NCBI GenBank assembly: GCA_016860985.1
Contig: BOKM01000001.1
Span: forward strand, 527,462-591,461
Direction of reading: 5' to 3'
Source: Patescibacteria group bacterium
GTDB lineage: Bacteria; Patescibacteriota; Dojkabacteria; GCA-002793355
DNA: 64,000 nt
Part shown: one piece after another, positions 9,045-17,720 of the stretch
Numbering within the stretch: the stretch's first letter is position 1
Layout of the letters: the number at the start of each line of letters is the position of its first letter
Made by a program: the position numbers and the translations under genes
Notes under the pieces: generated by a model
Seen by the model: the letters and a program-made list of their open reading frames with translations, nothing else
Database searches by the model: none
Told to the model about the DNA's origin: nothing

Positions 9045-10200
9045 ACGCTTTAGCAGTTGTAGAAATTATTATTGCGGCGACCGAAAGCCATGAAAGTATA
9101 AGAATATACGGCTTTAGTACTGGAGGAGCAAAAACCCCGAGCATCCCAAAAATGAATGTTATTGCATATTGTAGATACGCAATCTGCTTTTCTGTATAAC
9201 CGATTTTCATGAGTTGGTGATGAAAATGGAACTTATTACTTATAAGAAACAATTGAAACGGAGATTTCGGACGATAATAAACGACTCTCCGAAGAAGAAC
9301 CCACAACATATCAAACAGAGGAATCGCAAAAACAATAAGACTAATCGCGAATTTTGAACCACCGATCACTGCAATTCCGGCAACAATAAAGCCTAAGACA
9401 CTCTTTCCGGCTGACCCCGACATTATCTTGTTGGGATAAAAGTTGTAGTACAAGAAGCCAAATAACGATCCGGCCAACGTGATAGCAAAAAGAGCGGAAG
9501 CGGGTTGATTAAAAAGGAAGCTTACAAGAAACAGCATAACAAGAGCTATCGCCGTATTTCCTTCCATTAATCCATCGCTTCCACCTTGCCATTTGATGCC
9601 ATTCATCAATGGAAGAACCCACAAAAAGAACAAAAGATCCCCAGGAAAGACGAAACGAATCAACCAAGGGAGGTTCCCAAAAGTAAAAACCCACCAATCA
9701 GTATGGATATATGCACCTCCAAATGGATTTCTAAAACCATTCACATCGAGAGGGGAGAGAACAAATAAGAGCGCTGCGATTAAATGGAACATAAATTGGA
9801 CTTTTCCAGAAAACTCAAAAACGTCATCGAGTATACCTACAGCAAAAAGAATACCTATGGTTACAAACCACAAAAGATACGTAGAAAATTCAGAGATGGG
9901 AAGATTGATTGTCTTGGAAAAGAGAAGAATACTACCGCTAACAATAAGAAACGGCAGAACATACGCAATGCCGCCCCACATAATCAGCGGTGGTTTATCG
10001 AGTCGACGTCGTGCTGCTTGGAGTTTTGCCTCATATTCTGCGTCAGAAAGACCCCTTTCTCGTTGTTCTTGGATTTTCTTTAAAACTATTTCGGGTGGTT
10101 CTTGAACCGCACCGTATTTTTTTGCAAGTACTGCTACCCAAGGTGTCAGAAGTAGAGTAAAGAGAAGTGATATCGCACCTGCGATTAAGTATGTTTCCAT
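9034..10200 (-). CDS. MraY/WecA (polyprenyl-phosphate sugar-1-phosphate transferase) family protein
   Basis: Multi-TM protein with GILDD, SDGL, YNFYP and HFHHQL motifs. Start placed at METYL. Confidence 0.85.
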   Translation of the reverse strand: METYLIAGAISLLFTLLLTPWVAVLAKKYGAVQEPPEIVLKKIQEQRERGLSDAEYEAKLQAARRRLDKPPLIMWGGIAYVLPFLIVSGSILLFSKTINLPISEFSTYLLWFVTIGILFAVGILDDVFEFSGKVQFMFHLIAALLFVLSPLDVNGFRNPFGGAYIHTDWWVFTFGNLPWLIRFVFPGDLLFFLWVLPLMNGIKWQGGSDGLMEGNTAIALVMLFLVSFLFNQPASALFAITLAGSLFGFLYYNFYPNKIMSGSAGKSVLGFIVAGIAVIGGSKFAISLIVFAIPLFDMLWVLLRRVVYYRPKSPFQLFLISNKFHFHHQLMKIGYTEKQIAYLQYAITFIFGMLGVFAPPVLKPYILILSWLSVAAIIISTTAKAYEQ

Positions 10201-10204
10201 ATTA

Positions 10205-10672
10205 TCAACCTCCAAATAAAAGTAATGGTTCAAGAATTACCTTTGCCATAAGCACTAACAAAAGTAATAGTAGCGAAAAAATATACCCCACCATTCCACT
10301 CCTTCCGAGAGAACTTGCAAGCATCGCAATAACGGAAAAAATGACAAACGTTCCTCCCATTGCAAACACCGTGTACTGCAAGACAGAGAGATTATGCACA
10401 GAAGCAACAATAAAAAGGGGGATTTGAGACTGACTTGCAGGAGCGACAATTGATCCTAATCCATTTTGAATAAGTAGCTGGTATTGTGACAAAAACCATG
10501 TTAACGAAAGAATGAAAGCAAGCGATACCCAAAAGAGCAAATGAGAAACAACAATTACAACTGGTGAATATTTCAGTTCTCTAAAAAACTTTTTTGTATT
10601 ATGACGCAGACTTTGCCAAGGTGAGACTTTTACAGATAAAGGAAGTTGTGTTACTTCTGATTCATTTCCCAT
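10205..10672 (-). CDS. Hypothetical membrane protein
   Basis: 155 aa, three TM segments, packed between dnaN and the WecA-like gene. Confidence 0.65.
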   Translation of the reverse strand: MGNESEVTQLPLSVKVSPWQSLRHNTKKFFRELKYSPVVIVVSHLLFWVSLAFILSLTWFLSQYQLLIQNGLGSIVAPASQSQIPLFIVASVHNLSVLQYTVFAMGGTFVIFSVIAMLASSLGRSGMVGYIFSLLLLLLVLMAKVILEPLLLFGG

Positions 10673-10674
10673 TT

Positions 10675-11811
10675 TTAATCGTCAAGTTTTAACGGCATTA
10701 ATATATGAAGAAATGTATCAAGAGAAGGCTGAATAAAAACACCTGGCGCTACCTTTGTTGTTGCTCTAAAGACAACAGTTTCGTCAGAGACAAGGTTCAA
10801 AATATCCATAAGGAACTTTACTTGAAAGGCAATTTTTAAAGGTTCGCCTTCTTGTGTCACTGAAATTTCTTCTCTAATATTTCCAATTTCAGGCACTTGT
10901 GATTCCATTACAAGTTTTCCATCCGAAAAATTGAGTACTACTTTTTGCCCAATCGCGGACGTAGCAAATACACCAACACGTTTTAGTGATTCGAGCCAGG
11001 CAGCTTTTGTTACTGTTATTTCAGATTGATGTGCAACAGGAATTACTGCTTTGTAGGCAGGATACTCACCTTCTATTAAGCGAGCGAAGATTGAAATATC
11101 TCCATATTCAAATTTTACAAAGTTTCCGTTTTTTGCGAGCTTGCAAGTAACAACGGGTTGTTCGGTAACCGACGCGACATAGGAATCTCTAATAACTCTT
11201 ACCACTTGCTCTGCTGCAACCGAAGGAATAACAACCTGTTTTTTACCTCCGTAAGAAGACTGTGATGTAGCAGTTACTTTTGACAAGCGAAACGTATCGA
11301 GGGCAACCATGGTAACCAATTCTTTTTCGATCTCGACGTTAATTCCTGTAAGAATAGGTCGAATATCGTCTTTTGCACAAGCAAAAGCTGTTTTATCAAT
11401 CATTGAAGCAAAGACCTCCCCTTGTAATGAAAAGAGGATTTCTGAGTCTTCTTCTTCAAAAAGAGGGTAGTCATCTGTATCTCGAGTTGTAAACTCAGCA
11501 CTTCCGACTTTTGATGACACCTTTAGATTTCCCTTCTCTTGTGATATTTCTACTGTCTCTGTTTTTGGAAGAGTATTAATGTACTGAGAAAAGAGTTTTG
11601 CGTTGACCGATGTTTTTCCTGATTCTTTAGGGTGGAGTTGTGCGGTCGCGGTTATCTGAATTTCTAAGTCAGTACCCGTTATTCTAATAGCGTTCTTACC
11701 AACGTCTAATAAAAGATTATTAAGTAAAGGCAGATTGGCTTTGGCATTAACAACTTTACTTGCTATGTTTACGTAGGTTGAAAGTACCTCTGCACTTATC
11801 TTAAACTCCAT
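10675..11811 (-). CDS. dnaN: DNA polymerase III beta sliding clamp
   Basis: GTDLE, RPILTG, ALDTFRL, RLIEGEYPAY and C-terminal LMPL motifs; 378 aa. Confidence 0.97.
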   Translation of the reverse strand: MEFKISAEVLSTYVNIASKVVNAKANLPLLNNLLLDVGKNAIRITGTDLEIQITATAQLHPKESGKTSVNAKLFSQYINTLPKTETVEISQEKGNLKVSSKVGSAEFTTRDTDDYPLFEEEDSEILFSLQGEVFASMIDKTAFACAKDDIRPILTGINVEIEKELVTMVALDTFRLSKVTATSQSSYGGKKQVVIPSVAAEQVVRVIRDSYVASVTEQPVVTCKLAKNGNFVKFEYGDISIFARLIEGEYPAYKAVIPVAHQSEITVTKAAWLESLKRVGVFATSAIGQKVVLNFSDGKLVMESQVPEIGNIREEISVTQEGEPLKIAFQVKFLMDILNLVSDETVVFRATTKVAPGVFIQPSLDTFLHILMPLKLDD

Positions 11812-11869
11812 TCCTTTACAAGAAAACTTATTTATCTGATTTTACCATACCTATATAAGACATTGTTCA

Positions 11870-12150
11870 CTTTTCTCTTTATTTTTAAGCTTTTCCTCTT
11901 TTTCTTTCTTTATATAAAATAGTATTAGTATTAGGACTCGTGGATAAGTGGATATGTTTTTAAAGGTGCCCATAACATTGGCTCGAAATATTGAAATTTG
12001 TCTGGGGAATACCTGTTGATGCTTTAGAAGTTATTCACTTTTTAGTCGAAAGAGAATTGTGAATTCTTGGAATTTTTTACAGGAGTACACTTCTTTGCAA
12101 AGAATTTTCCGCATCAAAAAATGAAAGTTTTTACTGGTTATCCACAACAG
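11870..12150. other. oriC: Probable replication origin oriC
   Basis: Minus strand reads ATATCCAC-TTATCCACG-AGTCC-TAATACTAATACTA-TTTTATATAAAG: tandem DnaA boxes (11939-11955), trio-like repeats (11920-11934), AT-rich tract. Perfect TTATCCACA at 12138-12146. Upstream of dnaN, near the gene-strand switch. Confidence 0.8.
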
Positions 12151-12273
12151 AATGTAAGTGGAGTTGTTTACGTATCAACCCGAGTCTATCCCTCTAATGT
12201 CATTTGTGAAACAGAGCTCTCCCTTGTCTGCGTATTGGGCATGTTGGTATATGAGACGATTCGTGAATCCGTT

Positions 12274-13944
12274 TTAGTCTATTTTGGTAACTGGAATGCT
12301 AGGTTCGCCTATTACATGTTGATTATTTTGGGATAATGGCTGAAAGCTCCAAGTGTTTGGATTCTCAAGAAGAGAAGCTGTGTTCAGCATCTCTGCAATC
12401 TTAATAGAAAGAGAAGGAATGAATGGCCTTAAGAGTAACTGAAGTGCTCTTACGATAGCGACAGCATTACGTAGTGTATTTTCTGTCGTCGCTTTGTCAG
12501 TTTCTTTCCAGGGGGCTGAGTTATTAAAGTACTGGTTTCCAAACTGTGCGAGTTTCATTATCTCCATCAAAGACGCCGAAAAAGATACGTCTTGAAGCAT
12601 TTCTTGCGTCGTCGTGAAGGTTTGTTTGATTGTTCGGTCTACATCTTTGTCTAATACGCCTTGTGTGATAACCCCGTCATTCTTTGTTTTTACGTAGGAG
12701 AGTACTCTGTAGATATAATTTCCCAAAGTTGCAACAAGTTCATTATTGTTAAGCGTTTTTAGGTCGTCCAAAACAAAGTCTATGTCGTGGTTCTCTGGTG
12801 CATACCTCACAAAAAAGTAACGAATTAATTCTGGTGAGTAATTTTCTAAAAGATCTTTAGCCAAAATTAAGGTGCCCTTACTTTTAGACATTTTTTCTCC
12901 TCGGATATTCAAGAACATATTTGCAACAACGTTTGTTGGGAGTTTTAGTGGTTTGTTTGATATTTCCCCAGGTAGTGCGTTACTCAGTGTCGTGTTTCGA
13001 TATTTTGTATTGTAGGCCAAGATTTGTGCCGGCCAGAAGAGTGAATGAAAAGGAATGTTGTCTTTCGCAATAAAATAGTAGTGCTCTGCGTCATCTCCTT
13101 TCCAAAAATCCTCCCACTCTGAGGGGTTGTTGTTTAGCGCCGCAAGTTCTATTGGAGCAGAAAGGTACCCTATGACTGCTTCAAACCACACGTAAATTAC
13201 CTTCTTCTCGAAATCTTTGATTGGCAAGGGAATCCCCCAACCCATATCTCTTGAAATGGGTTTTTCTTTAAGCCCTTCTTTAAGCCATGCTTTTGTGAAT
13301 TCAAGTGTGTTCTTTCGCCAAAAGGTTTTGTCTTCAATATATGATTCAAGTTGTTTTTGAAGTTTACTCATATCGAAGTAAAGCTCTTCTGTTTCGCGCA
13401 ACTCTGGGGTGCTCTGTGAGAGTTTACTGACTGGATTTTTTAATTCCTCTGGGGTGAGCACGTGTCCGCACTTGTCACACTGGTCGCCTCTTGCGGGAAA
13501 GTAATCACAATGAGGGCAGTTTCCTTCAATGTAGCGGTCGGCAAGAAATTGGTTTTTTTCTGTATCAAAGTACTGTTTTGATTTTTTTCTCAACAGAAAT
13601 CCTTGTTCCTCTAAAACAGTTATAAAGTTTTGAGCAACTACTCTATGATTTTCAGTTCTTGTTTTGGTGAAAAGGTCAAACTTGATTGAGAGTTTTTCAA
13701 AAATTTCAAGAAATGCTTTGTGGTTGTCCTCTACAAATTGCTCAACTGGGATTCCTTTTTCCTCTGCTTTTATCGTAATTGGGGTGCCATGCATATCGCT
13801 ACCAGAAACCATGGCAACTTTGTTACCGAGTATTCTATTAAAACGGGCAAAGACATCACACACAATATTCTGCCCTGCAAGGTGTCCTACATGCATTGGT
13901 CCATTCGTGTAGGGCCAAGATACACCGATAAGAATATGTTTCAT
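12274..13944 (-). CDS. metG: Methionine--tRNA ligase (short form, no C-terminal tRNA-binding domain)
   Basis: PYTNGPMHVGH, GSDMHG, zinc knuckle CPHC/CDKC, YVWFEA, KMSKS. Confidence 0.97.
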   Translation of the reverse strand: MKHILIGVSWPYTNGPMHVGHLAGQNIVCDVFARFNRILGNKVAMVSGSDMHGTPITIKAEEKGIPVEQFVEDNHKAFLEIFEKLSIKFDLFTKTRTENHRVVAQNFITVLEEQGFLLRKKSKQYFDTEKNQFLADRYIEGNCPHCDYFPARGDQCDKCGHVLTPEELKNPVSKLSQSTPELRETEELYFDMSKLQKQLESYIEDKTFWRKNTLEFTKAWLKEGLKEKPISRDMGWGIPLPIKDFEKKVIYVWFEAVIGYLSAPIELAALNNNPSEWEDFWKGDDAEHYYFIAKDNIPFHSLFWPAQILAYNTKYRNTTLSNALPGEISNKPLKLPTNVVANMFLNIRGEKMSKSKGTLILAKDLLENYSPELIRYFFVRYAPENHDIDFVLDDLKTLNNNELVATLGNYIYRVLSYVKTKNDGVITQGVLDKDVDRTIKQTFTTTQEMLQDVSFSASLMEIMKLAQFGNQYFNNSAPWKETDKATTENTLRNAVAIVRALQLLLRPFIPSLSIKIAEMLNTASLLENPNTWSFQPLSQNNQHVIGEPSIPVTKID

Positions 13945-14019
13945 TGTGAATTGTAGCATAAAATATGGGGGTATTGACGTTATTGGTGGCGATTGTTACA
14001 ATACTCCAAATTAATATTA

Positions 14020-14385
14020 ATGAAATTAAAAACTATGCAACTTTCGCAAGTCGTAGGTTACGTGAAAGATATCATCATCCCCGCAGTGCACGCACAGGAC
14101 TGGGCACCAGATGGAGCAAGTGGAGATGCAAACGCACTTATTAAGCAGATTTTGAACCTTATTTTGATCGCTGTTGTTGTTGCAGCAGTCGTCTTTATCA
14201 TGTTCGCAGGTTTGCAGTATGTAACCTCTCAGGGTGACGCAACCAAAGCAAAGAACGCAATGTCAGGTATTACAAATGCAATTATTGGTCTTATCGTTGC
14301 TTTCGCAGCATACGCATTAGTCCAATTGGTAATGTCACAGTTGAACCTTGGTGGCGGAACAATCAAACCACTTCCAACAGCATAA
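14020..14385 (+). CDS. VirB2/TrbC-like pilin with cleavable leader
   Basis: PAVHA-QD possible processing site; AGLQYVTSQGDATKAKNAMSGITNAIIGL. Start may be 14035. Confidence 0.8.
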   Translation: MKLKTMQLSQVVGYVKDIIIPAVHAQDWAPDGASGDANALIKQILNLILIAVVVAAVVFIMFAGLQYVTSQGDATKAKNAMSGITNAIIGLIVAFAAYALVQLVMSQLNLGGGTIKPLPTA

Positions 14386-14389
14386 GATT

Positions 14390-14409
14390 AAGTATCATTG
14401 ATACTTTTT
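14390..14409 (+). terminator. Possible intrinsic terminator after pilin gene
   Basis: AAGTATC-ATT-GATACTT followed by TTT; AT-rich, weak stem. Confidence 0.4.
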
Positions 14410-14431
14410 ACTTAAACGTAAGTGAGGTGTT

Positions 14432-14722
14432 ATGGACGTAAATAATCCACCAGACATTCCAACTATCTTTGGTAATCTTGGAGAAACAATTCAGAGCGTT
14501 ATATTTGGTTTAGGGCCAGCCTTTTTGGTGGTTGCTATTGTGTATGCAGGCTACTTGCGTTTGACGGCAGCAGACAACCAGCAAAAGGTAAAACAATCGA
14601 CCCAGATTATAATGTGGGCTGTTTTTGGATACGCGGTTGTTGTTGGTTCTTTCTTTATTGTTCGTTTTGCCGCGGCTATTCTTGGTTACGATGTTGGTGG
14701 AAGTATCAGTGTCGATTTGTAG
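14432..14722 (+). CDS. VirB2/TrbC-like pilin
   Basis: AGYLRLTAADNQQKVKQSTQIIMWAVFG hairpin motif. Confidence 0.7.
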   Translation: MDVNNPPDIPTIFGNLGETIQSVIFGLGPAFLVVAIVYAGYLRLTAADNQQKVKQSTQIIMWAVFGYAVVVGSFFIVRFAAAILGYDVGGSISVDL

Positions 14723-14747
14723 TGTCTTCTCCGTGGTATAATTGGTT

Positions 14748-16847
14748 ATGTCGCGAGCGCCCCGATGGACATTTATATTCGTTGTTCTCCTATTTATCTC
14801 TTTTGGAGTGTTTTTACATATCCCACTCGTAGGCGCACTAACAGAACAGCAAATCGCTCAACAAAAATCACAAAAGCAACGCGAACTAGAGGAAATAATG
14901 AAAGAAATCAATTCGATTTCGCGATCAAACGCAACCCTTTCTACAAAACTTTCTGAATTAAAGAGTGAAAAGTCCAAGCTCGAGAAATTGCTATCTTCGA
15001 TTGGTGGTGACTTGGTCTATTTAGAAGAGGAAAATAAGAAACAGGAAGCTGAATTAGTGAATCTTGCCTCAACCTATTCCTTGCAGCAAGCGTTATATTC
15101 GATTGAGTCTCAAAAAAATATATTAGTCACTCTCTTTGAAGCTTCGGACATTCGGCATGTACTTGATAGATTCTTGTATTACAACATTCAGGCTCGTGAA
15201 TTGCGTGAGCAAAAGGTATTATTACAAACAAAACAAGAAGCGATTGCAGCAAGAAGAGGTCAGATAGAAACAGAACAAGGATCGCTGCAAAAATCTCTTT
15301 CTACTGTTAATCAAGAAATTGCGAAGGTAGAAGACCAGTTGTCTCTTTATTCAGCGAGTCTTTCAAAAAGTTATGGTCAGCGAAATGTATTGGTGACTGA
15401 TATTAACAAACTCACCAAAGCAGCTCAAAAGGCAATTGAGAAAAAAGTTTCTTCTTCGACACCCTCTACTGGTGGCGGAGTAGGAACACCTACAGGTTCC
15501 GGACTAGTAAATGGTTCTACCAGCAATACTGGATCGGGTTCTTTGAGTGTCATTATCGGGGGGAGTTTGTTTAGAAAAACTAATAGCAATATTAAGATAG
15601 TTGCTCAAAATGATGAATTAAAACTCGTTGGAAAAAATACAACGGAGTTCGCAGGAATACTAGAATTCAGTAAAAGTTTTGGGACACTATCTAATGGAAC
15701 ACGCATTTATGTTGTAAACAGTCTTCCGATGGATAAGTACCTATGGGGATTATCAGAAATGCCTTCTTCTTGGCCACTTGAAGCGTTAAAAGTGCAAGCT
15801 GTTGCAGGTAGAACCTACGCAACCTACAAAATGCGATACGGAGGATACGGAACATTTGATTTACTCGATTATGTGCAGGATCAGGAATACAGTGGTCTCT
15901 CAAAAATCAAAAGTGCTTATGGGAGTAATTGGAAACAGGCAGTTGATAGTACTACTGAAAAAGTAATGGAATACGGAGGGAAAACGATATTGGCGTATTA
16001 TTCTGCTGACAACGCAGGGCATTCGGTATCCGGTGCAGATAATGGATTTGGGAACTTTGGGTACCTTGCAGCAAAACCTGATAGATATCAAGAAGGCGGA
16101 GTATGGAAGTCGTATGGGAGTACAAGTTGTAGCTACTGGATTATTCAAGGTAATAAACCAAACTTTCCTTGGTGCGGGCAGACTCGACAGAGTGAAGGAA
16201 TTAACACAATGGATAGAATGGAAGATTATTTAAATGGAGCGATTTACTACACTTTGTACGGCAAGATGGTAACAACAGGTGAGCTCTCCCCGGCTGCGTT
16301 GCAGTCTTATTTAAGCAGTAAAGGGAAGCAGAGCATTCAAGAAAAAGTAGGTGAAATTACTGACATTAAGCACGTTTACAATGTTGGAGATCAGTCGATT
16401 GTGGCAGAAACCAAATATACAAAATATGTTGTTGTTACAGGAACAAAGGCTACGTACACAGTGAGCGGGTCTGCCTTTAAGACCTCCTATAATGTCCGTG
16501 CGCCATATAACAATGCAGTTTACTCAACGCTATATGATATTAAGCGAGTAAATAGTGATAATTGGGAGTTATGGACTCGTGGCTTTGGTCACAGAGTAGG
16601 AATGAGCCAGTACGGCTCCTACGGAAGAGCACAGGCAGGACAGGGATACGAAGAGATACTCGAGTATTACTATACAAACGCAAATGTAGTACAATATGAC
16701 ATTGGTCGGAATGTTCGAGTTGCTCTTACAAAGGTTGGCTCGCGGGTTATGAAAGTAACCTCTAAAAGCGATATTTCAATTTTTGAAGGAAGCACTTTAA
16801 TAAAAACGGTTCCTGCTAATACAGAAATAAGAGTAGAATATAATTAA
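14748..16847 (+). CDS. SpoIID/LytB domain peptidoglycan lytic enzyme with N-terminal coiled coil
   Basis: Signal/TM segment, long coiled coil, EMPSSWPLEALKVQAVAGRTY, DQEYSG, GFGHRVGMSQYG, ILEYYY. Confidence 0.9.
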   Translation: MSRAPRWTFIFVVLLFISFGVFLHIPLVGALTEQQIAQQKSQKQRELEEIMKEINSISRSNATLSTKLSELKSEKSKLEKLLSSIGGDLVYLEEENKKQEAELVNLASTYSLQQALYSIESQKNILVTLFEASDIRHVLDRFLYYNIQARELREQKVLLQTKQEAIAARRGQIETEQGSLQKSLSTVNQEIAKVEDQLSLYSASLSKSYGQRNVLVTDINKLTKAAQKAIEKKVSSSTPSTGGGVGTPTGSGLVNGSTSNTGSGSLSVIIGGSLFRKTNSNIKIVAQNDELKLVGKNTTEFAGILEFSKSFGTLSNGTRIYVVNSLPMDKYLWGLSEMPSSWPLEALKVQAVAGRTYATYKMRYGGYGTFDLLDYVQDQEYSGLSKIKSAYGSNWKQAVDSTTEKVMEYGGKTILAYYSADNAGHSVSGADNGFGNFGYLAAKPDRYQEGGVWKSYGSTSCSYWIIQGNKPNFPWCGQTRQSEGINTMDRMEDYLNGAIYYTLYGKMVTTGELSPAALQSYLSSKGKQSIQEKVGEITDIKHVYNVGDQSIVAETKYTKYVVVTGTKATYTVSGSAFKTSYNVRAPYNNAVYSTLYDIKRVNSDNWELWTRGFGHRVGMSQYGSYGRAQAGQGYEEILEYYYTNANVVQYDIGRNVRVALTKVGSRVMKVTSKSDISIFEGSTLIKTVPANTEIRVEYN

Positions 16848-17473
16848 TGGCTGAAATAAAAGTTAGTCAATCCTCCTATGCAAAGATTCAGCAGTTAGCG
16901 AACTTTAAACTGCTTGATGCGGTTCGTGTGTACCCAGAAAGGGTAAACTTTGATGGGCAGGATAACGACGAACAAATCATTCTCTTTCTTCGCCAGCACC
17001 CAATTGTGTTGCTTCCTGCAATTTTCCGCTCAATCGGATTGTTCTTGCTCTTTGTCTTTTTTGCATGGGTGTTTGGAGCGTTGTTTGGGTCAGTAGTAAA
17101 TCTTGGCGCTATGGGCTTTACTATCTTTGTTGCGGGTATTGGTGTTGCGACAACAAATCTCATTTATGATTTCTTTAAGTGGTATTTTACGGTTACCATT
17201 ATAACTTCTAGTAGGCTCGTCGATTTGGACTTCGAAACAGTAATGGATTCACGCTGGAGTACTACCGTCCTTCGCGCTATTCAAGATGTATCGTATTCAA
17301 CTCCGGGGTTTATCAATACTGTATTTGACATGGCTGACCTTGTAATCCTTACCGCCTCTCATAAAGAGAATTTTGAATTGGCAAATTTGCCAAAAGCAAG
17401 GGATGTTCAAGACATCCTTATGGACTTAGTTGAAAATGAAAAACGCAATGTTCCCGACGACGACGATGTTTAG
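16847..17473 (+). CDS. Membrane protein with bacterial PH (bPH_2-like) domain
   Basis: RQHPIV, two TM helices, IITSSRLVD, IQDVS, DLVILTA pattern. Confidence 0.7.
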   Translation: MAEIKVSQSSYAKIQQLANFKLLDAVRVYPERVNFDGQDNDEQIILFLRQHPIVLLPAIFRSIGLFLLFVFFAWVFGALFGSVVNLGAMGFTIFVAGIGVATTNLIYDFFKWYFTVTIITSSRLVDLDFETVMDSRWSTTVLRAIQDVSYSTPGFINTVFDMADLVILTASHKENFELANLPKARDVQDILMDLVENEKRNVPDDDDV

Positions 17474-17717
17474 CCCCGATTTGCTTAACTTTCAGGTTAC
17501 AGATGGATTGCCAATTGTTTCTGTTGGTTTAAAACTTGTGATTGCGTTCTTTTTGATTAGCTACGTATTTTTCGCGCTATTTCTGTATCTTCGTGTAAGA
17601 ATACTTTCGCTTACGCTCTCAACTCCTAATTCTGGTGTCATGCGTTATATTTCACTTTTGCACTTTTTTGGTGTGCTGGGGCTTGCTTTATTCCTAGGAC
17701 TTTTGCTACTCTTCTAG
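17466..17717 (+). CDS. Small two-TM protein (DUF5657-like)
   Basis: YVFFALFLYLRVRILSLTLSTP motif; overlaps the upstream stop. Family name is from recall. Confidence 0.55.
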   Translation: MFSPDLLNFQVTDGLPIVSVGLKLVIAFFLISYVFFALFLYLRVRILSLTLSTPNSGVMRYISLLHFFGVLGLALFLGLLLLF

Positions 17718-17720
17718 TAC

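Noticed and set aside
12160-12215. parS-like sequences (TGTTTACGTATCA, TGTCATTTGTGAAACA)
   Set aside because: Only half-site matches to TGTTTCACGTGAAACA, at best 11/16.
12067-12336. 89 aa ORF in the dnaN-metG gap
   Set aside because: It overlaps DnaA boxes and the metG end; the region is better explained as oriC.
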